This document shows, one piece after another, positions 55,664 through 64,000 of a stretch of DNA of 64,000 nucleotides (position 1 is the stretch's first letter; the number at the start of each line of letters is the position of its first letter). Where the stretch lies: assembly GCA_052387235.1 (NCBI GenBank), contig JBQTJJ010000033.1, positions 4,052-68,051 on the forward strand, in the 5' to 3' direction. Below the pieces are notes generated by a model. It did no database searches. It saw only the letters and a list, made by a program, of their open reading frames with translations, and was not told the DNA's origin. The translations under genes were made by a program, and so were the position numbers. Source of the stretch: Actinomycetota bacterium (GTDB lineage Bacteria > Actinomycetota > Acidimicrobiia > Acidimicrobiales > GCA-2861595).

Positions 55664-57345
55664 TCCGCCCCCACCCCGTCGGCCCGGGCCCCGTCGGGCC
55701 GGTCCTGGCGGCCGGCGGCGGCCATGCGGGCGTCGAACACGGGCCGGTCGGAGCGGATCGGGGGGAGGCTGTGGAAGTTGTGCTCGGGTGGTGGCGACGA
55801 GGTGGCCCACTCCAGGGTGTGCCCGCCCCACGGGTCGTCGCCGGCCGGCGCGCCGCTGCGGATCGAGCTCACCAGGTTCCAGAGGAAGGGCAGGGTGGAG
55901 ACGGCGAGGAGGCCGGCGCCGGCGCTCGACAGCATGTTCAAGAAGTTGAGCCCCAGGTCGTCGCCGTAGTCGGGGACCCGGCGCACCATGCCCCGCAGCC
56001 CGAGCAGGTGCTGGGGGAAGAAGGTGAGGTTGAAGCCGATGAACAGCAGCCAGAAGTGGACCTTGGCCAGGCCGGTGCGCAGCATCCTCCCGGCCCACTT
56101 GGGGAACCAGAAGTACACGGCCCCGAAGCCGGCGAACACGGCGCTGCCGAACAGCACGTAGTGCATGTGGGCCACCACGAAATAGGTGTCGTGGGTGGCG
56201 AAGTCGACCGGGGCGGACGCCAGCAGCACGCCGCTCAGGCCGCCCAGGAGGAACACGAGCAGGAACCCCACCGCGAACAGCATGGGCGGCTCGAAGCTGA
56301 TCTGGCCCCGCCACATGGTGCCGATCCAGTTGAAGAACTTGACGCCGGTGGGGACGGCGATCAGGAACGAGATGCCGCTGAAGAACGGCAGCAGCACGGC
56401 GCCGGTGGTGAGCATGTGATGGGCCCAGACGCCGACGGACAGGCCGGCGATGGACAGGGTGGCGAAGACGATGCCCTTGTACCCGAAGACCGGCTTGCGG
56501 GAGAACACCGGGATGATCTCGGTGACCACCCCGAAGAAGGGCAGGACGATGATGTACACCTCGGGATGGCCGAAGAACCAGAACAGGTGCTGCCACAGGA
56601 TCGGGACCCCGCCGCCCTCCACGTCGAAGATGTGGGTGCCCATGTGGCGGTCGGCGAACAGCATGGCCAGGGCGCTGGTGAAGATGGGGAAGGCCAGCAG
56701 CACCAGGAGCGACGTGACGAGCATGTTCCAGGTGAAGACGGGCATGCGGAACATGGTCATCCCGGGCGCGCGCAGGCAGAAGACGGTGGTGATGACGTTC
56801 ACGGCCGTGGCCACCGCCGACACCCCCGACAGGAGCAGGCCGGCGATCCAGAGGTCGGCGCCGGCGCCCGGCGAGTGGATGGCGGTGGAGAGGGGGGCGT
56901 AGGCGGTCCAGCCGAAGCCGGCGGCGCCCCCCGAGGTGATGAAGCCGGCGGTGACGGTGAGGCCGCCGCCCAGGTACAGCCAGTAGGACAGGGCGTTGAG
57001 GCGGGGGAAGGCCATGTCGGGGGCGCCGACGTGGAGGGGGATGAGGTAGTTCGCCAGCCCGAAGCCGAAGGGCGCCGCGAACAGGTACATCATCATCGTC
57101 CCGTGCATCGTGAACAGCTGGTTGTACTCGGACCGGTTCACGATCTGGAGGCCCGGCTCGGCCAGCTCGGTGCGCATCAGCATGGCCAGGAGCCCGGCCA
57201 GCAGGAAGAAGCCGAAGGCGGTCCAGATGTAGCTGAGCCCGATCGCCTTGTGGTCGGTGGTGGTGAGCCACTTGAGCAGCCCCGAGGGCTCGGGGTGCCC
57301 GGGCGGGGGCGGGGAGGCGGGCCGGGGCCGCTCCAGGACCGTCAT
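55660..57345 (-). CDS. ctaD: Cytochrome c oxidase subunit I
   Basis: [37 protein letters not shown] and the HHM..TG haem-copper signatures. The ATG at 57345 overlaps the ctaC stop (ATGA). Confidence 0.95.
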   Translation of the reverse strand: MTVLERPRPASPPPPGHPEPSGLLKWLTTTDHKAIGLSYIWTAFGFFLLAGLLAMLMRTELAEPGLQIVNRSEYNQLFTMHGTMMMYLFAAPFGFGLANYLIPLHVGAPDMAFPRLNALSYWLYLGGGLTVTAGFITSGGAAGFGWTAYAPLSTAIHSPGAGADLWIAGLLLSGVSAVATAVNVITTVFCLRAPGMTMFRMPVFTWNMLVTSLLVLLAFPIFTSALAMLFADRHMGTHIFDVEGGGVPILWQHLFWFFGHPEVYIIVLPFFGVVTEIIPVFSRKPVFGYKGIVFATLSIAGLSVGVWAHHMLTTGAVLLPFFSGISFLIAVPTGVKFFNWIGTMWRGQISFEPPMLFAVGFLLVFLLGGLSGVLLASAPVDFATHDTYFVVAHMHYVLFGSAVFAGFGAVYFWFPKWAGRMLRTGLAKVHFWLLFIGFNLTFFPQHLLGLRGMVRRVPDYGDDLGLNFLNMLSSAGAGLLAVSTLPFLWNLVSSIRSGAPAGDDPWGGHTLEWATSSPPPEHNFHSLPPIRSDRPVFDARMAAAGRQDRPDGARADGVGAE

Positions 57346-58100
57346 CCGGCCGGCGCTCCGGCGGGGGCGGCGACCCCGGCCGGCGCCCGCCCGGCCAGCC
57401 ACCGGTCGAAGGTGGCCTCGTCGACCGCCTCCACCACGAAGTCCATGCTGTCGTGGAGCAGGCCGCAGAACTCGGCGCAGCGGCCGTCGTAGCGCCCGGG
57501 CTTCACGACCTCGAGGTCGACCTCGTTGCGGATGCCGGGCACCGTGTCCCGCTTGAACAGGAAGGCGGGCACGTAGAACGAGTGCTGCACGTCGGTGGAC
57601 TGCAGCACCAGGCGCACCTTGGCGCCGGTGGGGACCACCATCACCGGATCCTCGTCGGGCGTGCCCACCACGTCGATCCCGGCCTCCTGGTAGTGGAACC
57701 GCCACTGCCACTGGAAGGCGGTGACCTCGATGGTGAGGTCGGGCTCGCCCTTCACCTCGTCGACGTCCCGCTGGACCCGCACGGTGAAGGCGAAGAGCAC
57801 GGCCACGATCACGAGCGGGGTGGCGGTGTAGAGCACCTCGAGCGGGATGTTGGCGTGGGTCTGGGTGGGGAGGTCGTCACTGCGCCGGCGGTAGCGGAAG
57901 ACGGCGAAGAGGATCAGTCCCCACACCAGGGCGCCCACGGCCACCGCCGTCCACATCGAGCCCTGCCACAGCTCGAAGATCTCCCGGCTCTGCTCGGACG
58001 CCCCCCGCGGGGCCCCGAACGAGGGCCCGTCGTCGCCGCACGCAGCCAGCAGGGCGAGGCCGGCCCCCGCCACCGCCAGGTTCCGCCGTGGATGATCCAC
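57342..58100 (-). CDS. ctaC: Cytochrome c oxidase subunit II (lipoprotein)
   Basis: Lipobox LLAAC, two TM segments and the CuA site HSFYVP...[12 protein letters not shown]. Confidence 0.9.
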   Translation of the reverse strand: MDHPRRNLAVAGAGLALLAACGDDGPSFGAPRGASEQSREIFELWQGSMWTAVAVGALVWGLILFAVFRYRRRSDDLPTQTHANIPLEVLYTATPLVIVAVLFAFTVRVQRDVDEVKGEPDLTIEVTAFQWQWRFHYQEAGIDVVGTPDEDPVMVVPTGAKVRLVLQSTDVQHSFYVPAFLFKRDTVPGIRNEVDLEVVKPGRYDGRCAEFCGLLHDSMDFVVEAVDEATFDRWLAGRAPAGVAAPAGAPAG

Positions 58101-58139
58101 GCCGGCGAACGCTAGTGCGCCGGCGACGGCCCGGGCGCC

Positions 58140-58301
58140 CTACGGCGTGGGCTGGCCGATGTCCTCGCCTGCGTCCGAGGCACCGGCGTCCATGAGCTCG
58201 ACCTCGAGCTCCTCGCGGCTGGTGACGGGGTCGTCCTCCTCGGTGGCGGCCTCCTCCCGGACCTCTTCCTGGGTGGCCTCTTCGGGATCGCGCTCGTTCA
58301 T
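58140..58301 (-). CDS. Candidate small acidic protein (53 aa), below the ORF-track length cutoff
   Basis: ATG...TAG reads MNERDPEEATQEEVREEAATEEDDPVTSREELEVELMDAGASDAGEDIGQPTP. Third codon positions are mostly G/C. It lies 39 nt upstream of ctaC. There is no clear SD and no known family. Confidence 0.35.
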   Translation of the reverse strand: MNERDPEEATQEEVREEAATEEDDPVTSREELEVELMDAGASDAGEDIGQPTP

Positions 58302-58316
58302 GCCACAGTTCTACCC

Positions 58317-58910
58317 GTGCCCGGGCTCTCCATCGCCATCGTCGTGTTCCCCGGCGCCGAGGAGCTGGACTGGGTCGGCCCCTGGGAGGTCCTGTCGGGT
58401 TGGGCCGGTTCCTGGCCCGGCGACGACGTGCGGGTCTTCACCGTGGCCGACACCGCCGGCGTCATCACCTGCGCCCGCCGAGCCCGCGTCCTGGCCGACC
58501 ACACGTGGGAGACGGCGCCGGCCTACGACCTGCTGCTGTACCCGGGCGGTCCCGGCGTGCGCGACCTGCTCGGGGACGAGGCGGTACGGGCCCGGGTGCG
58601 CCAGGCGGCGGCCGACGGCGTGGTGCTGGCCAGCGTGTGCACGGGGGCGCTGGTGCTGGCCGATGCCGGCGTGCTCGACAACCGCCCCGCCACCACCTAC
58701 TGGTCGTCGTTCGACGACCTGTGCAAGCTGGGCACCAACATCGAGCCCCGGCCCGACGACCGCTTCGTGGACGACGGGAACGTGGTGACGGCGGCCGGCG
58801 TGTCGGCCGGGATCGACATGGCCCTGCACCTGGTACGGCGCTTCTCCTCCGTCGAGCGGGCGCGCGAGGTGCGCCGCTTCATCCAGTACGACCCCGAGCC
58901 CCCGGTCTGA
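58317..58910 (+). CDS. DJ-1/PfpI-family (class I glutamine amidotransferase-like) protein
   Basis: IAIVVFPGAEELD, nucleophile elbow ASVCTGALVLA, and VTAAGVSAGIDMAL. 197 aa. Confidence 0.85.
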   Translation: MPGLSIAIVVFPGAEELDWVGPWEVLSGWAGSWPGDDVRVFTVADTAGVITCARRARVLADHTWETAPAYDLLLYPGGPGVRDLLGDEAVRARVRQAAADGVVLASVCTGALVLADAGVLDNRPATTYWSSFDDLCKLGTNIEPRPDDRFVDDGNVVTAAGVSAGIDMALHLVRRFSSVERAREVRRFIQYDPEPPV

Positions 58911-58927
58911 GCGGACCGGGAGCCTCG

Positions 58928-59152
58928 TCATCCGTCGGCGGGCGGCAGCAGCTCGGCGGCGGCCTGGAGGGCCCGGGCCACGTCGCCGCCGCCCGCCGCC
59001 CACCGTCCCGCCAGGTAGGTGGCGAGGGGGGCGTTCCTGCGCTCCGTGCCGTGGGCCACGACCCGGGCCAGGTCGAGGAGGGCCTCGGCCTCCGCCGGGT
59101 CGATGGGGGAGATGTCCAGCGCGTCGGCGAATCGGTCGAGCCAGGGGTCCAT
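58928..59152 (-). CDS. DUF6457-like small protein
   Basis: 74 aa. The WLDRFADALDI....EALLDLARVVAHGTERRNAPLATYLAG pattern matches that family. It is the tail of track ORF 58928..60319. Confidence 0.6.
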   Translation of the reverse strand: MDPWLDRFADALDISPIDPAEAEALLDLARVVAHGTERRNAPLATYLAGRWAAGGGDVARALQAAAELLPPADG

Positions 59153-59184
59153 GGTGACAGCCTGCCTCGCGGCCCGGCCGGCGG

Positions 59185-60918
59185 TCAGCCCGGGACCCGG
59201 AAGGAGGCCTTGAACGCCTCGAACAGGTCCTGGGACCCCTCCCAGCGCTGCTCGTGGGTCTGGAAGTTGAGGGCGAAGCCGTGGGTACCGGTGACGAACC
59301 CGAGGTTCACGGCGTGGAGACGGGCGCCGCCGGCCGAGTAGGCGTACTCCCACACCGCCGCGTCGAAGCCCTTGTAGGACGTGGGATCGATGCCGATCTC
59401 CTCGTACTGGTCGTGGCGGGAGCCGAAGCTGCGGGACTGCGCCTCCCACGCCCCTTCCGGCGACGGCCCCGGGGTGTCCGTCCAGTCGATCCGCAGGTAG
59501 CTCCGGGTACGGGGGTCGGTGATGTCGGTGCGGGTGCCGTCGAGGGCCCGCACCCGCCAGCCGGGGGGGTGGGCGATCGTGTAGCCGACCTTGGGGTCGG
59601 TGTAGGTGACCCAGTCGCGGGGCACGTCGCGGGCGCCGTCGCCGGCCTGCGTGCTCGGGGCGACCGCGCCGGCGTCCCCGTTCCCGCCCTCGTCGCGGGT
59701 GGCGCTCCACACCAGGGCAGCGAGGACCACGGCCACCACGGCCAGGAGGGCGGCGAGGGTCGTGGTGACGGGGCGTGTGAGCAGCCGGCGCCGGCCCGGC
59801 GCCGGCCCGGCGCCGGCGCGGGGCCCGGTCGGGGGGGGCGCGGGGCCAGGCTCGGTCACGGCCCGGGGCTCGGGCGGTGGGGGCGCGGGGACAGGCTCGG
59901 TCACGGCCCGGGGCCCGGTCGGTGGGGGCGCCGGCGCCGGCCCGGTCACATCGCGGGGCCCGGCCGGTGGGGGCGCCGGCGCCGGTCGGGGCTGCTCGGC
60001 GCCCTCGGCGTTCTCCGTGCCAGTGGGCGCCCGCGCCCCGGTGGTGGGTGCGCCGGCCGGGTCCGACCCCCCGACGATCGTGGCCGCGGCCTCGCCGGCG
60101 TGGGCCGCCCGCTGCAGCGCCTCCCGCAGCTCCGCCGGTCCCGGCCGCTGCGCCGGCTCCTTGTCCAGCAGCCGGGCCAGCAGCGGCGCCAGGGCTCCGG
60201 CCCGCTCCGGCGCCGCCGGCTCGTCGTGCACCACGGCGGCGAGGGTGGCCAGCGCCCCGTTGCGCTCGAACGGTGGCCGGCCCTCCACCGCGAAGTACAA
60301 GGTGGCGCCCAGGCCCCACCAGTCCACCTCCTCGCCCGACGGCTGGCTGAGGGCCTGCTCCGGTGCCATGTACGCCGGCGACCCGAGCATCTGCCCGGTG
60401 CCGGTGAGGCTGGGGTGGTCCTTCACCGAGGCGATGCCGAAGTCGGTGAGCTTCACCGCCCCGCCGGCCGGCAGCAGCACGTTGGACGGCTTCACGTCCC
60501 GGTGGACGATGCCCTGGCGGTGGGCCGCCTCCAGCGCGCCCACCAGGGCCAGGCCGAAGCGGGCGGCGGCGTCCACGGGCACGGGCCCGTCCCGCTCGAC
60601 GCGCTGGGCCAGCGTGTCCGCCTCCACCAGCTCCATGACGATGTGGACGTCGCTCTCGTCCTCCACCACGTCGAACACCGTCACCGAGGCGGGATGGCTC
60701 AGGCGGGCCGCGGCCCGCGCCTCGCGGATGACGCGGTCGCGCACGGCACCCCGGTCGGCGGCGTCGAGGGCGGCCACGGCCACGTGCTTCACGGCCACGC
60801 TGCGCTGCAGCAGCTCGTCACGGCCGCGCCACACCGTGCCCATACCGCCGCGGCCGAGCGGCTCGAGCAGGCTGTACCGGTCTCCCACCAGCTTGTGCAC
60901 GGTCTCCTCTCGTGCCAC
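59185..60918 (-). CDS. Transmembrane Ser/Thr protein kinase with Pro-rich repeat linker and extracellular sensor domain
   Basis: GRGGMGTVW, VAVK, HRDVKPSNVLL, DFG and APE. A Pro-rich repeat region is followed by a TM segment (LAALLAVVAVVLAALVW) and a ~170-aa extracellular domain. Confidence 0.9.
   Translation of the reverse strand: MAREETVHKLVGDRYSLLEPLGRGGMGTVWRGRDELLQRSVAVKHVAVAALDAADRGAVRDRVIREARAAARLSHPASVTVFDVVEDESDVHIVMELVEADTLAQRVERDGPVPVDAAARFGLALVGALEAAHRQGIVHRDVKPSNVLLPAGGAVKLTDFGIASVKDHPSLTGTGQMLGSPAYMAPEQALSQPSGEEVDWWGLGATLYFAVEGRPPFERNGALATLAAVVHDEPAAPERAGALAPLLARLLDKEPAQRPGPAELREALQRAAHAGEAAATIVGGSDPAGAPTTGARAPTGTENAEGAEQPRPAPAPPPAGPRDVTGPAPAPPPTGPRAVTEPVPAPPPPEPRAVTEPGPAPPPTGPRAGAGPAPGRRRLLTRPVTTTLAALLAVVAVVLAALVWSATRDEGGNGDAGAVAPSTQAGDGARDVPRDWVTYTDPKVGYTIAHPPGWRVRALDGTRTDITDPRTRSYLRIDWTDTPGPSPEGAWEAQSRSFGSRHDQYEEIGIDPTSYKGFDAAVWEYAYSAGGARLHAVNLGFVTGTHGFALNFQTHEQRWEGSQDLFEAFKASFRVPG
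59822..59989 (-). repeat. About 3.7 tandem copies of a 45-nt coding repeat in the kinase linker
   Basis: Units at 59822-59866, 59867-59911, 59912-59956 and a partial unit at 59957-59989. They encode PAPAPPP(A/T)GPR(D/A)VT(G/E)-type 15-aa repeats. Confidence 0.7.
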
Positions 60919-60989
60919 GGCCCCGTCCTACCCGGCCGGCGCCGATCGCACCCGCCCGGCGGGCCGGCGTGACCCCCGCTGCGCGAGAC

Positions 60990-63307
<2,318 letters not shown>

Positions 63308-63309
63308 GC

Positions 63310-63660
63310 CTACTCCTTCCCGGCGCCGGCAGCGGCGCTCAGGGTCTCGTCCAACCAGGCCCGGACCTTTGCCTCGTTGAGGTCGGCTCCGTTGATCCTC
63401 CCCACCTCCTGGCCGTCCCTGAACAGCAGGAACGCCGGCAGCCCCATCACGCGTAGCTCGATGCACAGCCGGCGGGCCTTGGGCGCCTCCAGCTTCACGA
63501 CCCTGAGCTGATCGGCCCGCTCCTCCGCCAGCCCCTCGATGAACGGCATCAGGGCCATGCAGGGCTGGCAGTCGGTGCCCCAGACGTCGACGAGCGACGT
63601 GCCCTCCGCCACCAGGTCCCGGAACGTCTCCTTTGTCGCCTCCGCGATCGCTCCAGCCAT
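63310..63660 (-). CDS. Thioredoxin-like protein with non-canonical CQPC active site
   Basis: 116 aa with a Trx fold (VDVWGTDCQPCMALMP...GLPAFLLFRDG). It lies immediately upstream of grdA, and its last codons carry the grdA SD. Confidence 0.85.
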   Translation of the reverse strand: MAGAIAEATKETFRDLVAEGTSLVDVWGTDCQPCMALMPFIEGLAEERADQLRVVKLEAPKARRLCIELRVMGLPAFLLFRDGQEVGRINGADLNEAKVRAWLDETLSAAAGAGKE

Positions 63661-63661
63661 G

Positions 63662-64000
63662 TCAGCCTCCTCCGTTTCGTTCCAGCAGCACGCTCATGCC
63701 GTCCGAGAGCTGCGACATGCGCCCGAGGAACAGGCTGCCCTTGGCCAGCAGCAGCACCCGGCCGGCGTCGCCCGTGGTGAGGCGGTCGACGGCGTGGGGC
63801 AGGTAGCACAGGGCCGACGCCAGGTGCCCCTGGGTGGGGGCGAACCCGGGCATGCCGTGGGCGGCGGCGAAGGCGGCGATGTCGGCCCGGTCGATCTCGC
63901 CCCTCTGGGCGGCCAGGGCGGCGATGGTCTTGTAGTTGCGGGCCGGCACGTCGCCCGAGCCCTGGGGCTCGGTGATCTCGGGGTTGTGCAGCTCGGTGGC
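63662..64000 (-). CDS. 3' part of a thiolase-fold/SpoVAD-like protein, possibly glycine reductase component C subunit (GrdD-like); 5' end outside window
   Basis: The open frame runs to the window edge. The C-terminus GDAGRVLLLAKGSLFLGRMSQLSDGMSVLLE resembles the SpoVAD/GrdD-type C-terminus as I remember it. It is tightly linked (TGAcATG) to trx-grdA. Confidence 0.4.
   Translation of the reverse strand, partial: ATELHNPEITEPQGSGDVPARNYKTIAALAAQRGEIDRADIAAFAAAHGMPGFAPTQGHLASALCYLPHAVDRLTTGDAGRVLLLAKGSLFLGRMSQLSDGMSVLLERNGGG

Noticed and set aside
58147-58788. A 213-aa plus-strand ORF spanning the ctaC-upstream region and the DJ-1/PfpI gene.
   Set aside because: The translation is Ser-rich and low-complexity, and it is out of frame with the well-supported DJ-1/PfpI CDS (58317..58910).

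Overview
This is a gene-dense, very GC-rich (roughly 70%+) chromosomal segment. Its gene content and order look actinobacterial, perhaps Acidimicrobiia-like, though that is only a guess. I recognised about 70 CDS from motifs and synteny, with no database search. I found no tRNA, rRNA, CRISPR array, transposase or integrase.

Functional blocks, in order:
- 1-15.6 kb: a phosphate/polyphosphate neighbourhood. It holds the tail of an OmpR-type response regulator, phoU, pstSCAB, ppx/gppA, an AraC-MGMT fusion, PIN-PhoH2, a ParA-like ATPase translationally coupled to a CYTH-like/CHAD protein, a stand-alone CYTH, a SixA-like phosphatase plus Nudix, ppk1 and a HAD-IB hydrolase.
- 15.7-20.5 kb: small enzymes, two secreted beta-propeller proteins and an EamA transporter.
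- 20.5-28.6 kb: a FAS-II cluster. merR-fabZ is divergent from fabD, a BCCP-like ORF, fabH, fabG, acpP, fabF, accD6-like and fabI.
- 28.6-34.7 kb: envelope and miscellaneous genes (GtrA, lipid kinase, zinc ribbon, Nfu_N/HEAT, lytic transglycosylase, lnt).
- 34.7-37.5 kb: NHEJ encoded as three separate genes (LigD-Pol, Ku, ligase).
- 37.5-41.8 kb: a DUF4153-like membrane protein, histidine kinase, response regulator and a Pro/Thr-rich protein.
- 42-45.4 kb: hemY-hemH-hemE.
- 45.5-50.7 kb: helD, ridA, a FliA/WhiG-type sigma factor, an atypical NarL-type regulator, a FlgN-like protein and a rhodanese.
- 50.7-58.1 kb: the respiratory chain (ctaG, ctaE-qcrCAB, ctaCDF).
- 58.1-61 kb: DJ-1/PfpI, a DUF6457-like protein and a Ser/Thr kinase.
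- 61-64 kb: a TPP riboswitch with thiC, convergent on a glycine-reductase module.

Main non-obvious calls:
- grdA is a selenoprotein gene that the ORF track splits at an in-frame UGA.
- Tripartite 11-nt PHO-box-like repeats lie upstream of pstS and ppk1.
- The CHAD/ParA pair is a candidate polyphosphate-granule positioning module. This is a hypothesis.

Many long ORFs in the supplied track are GC-driven shadow frames, and many real starts are GTG/TTG codons in 4-nt start/stop overlaps.
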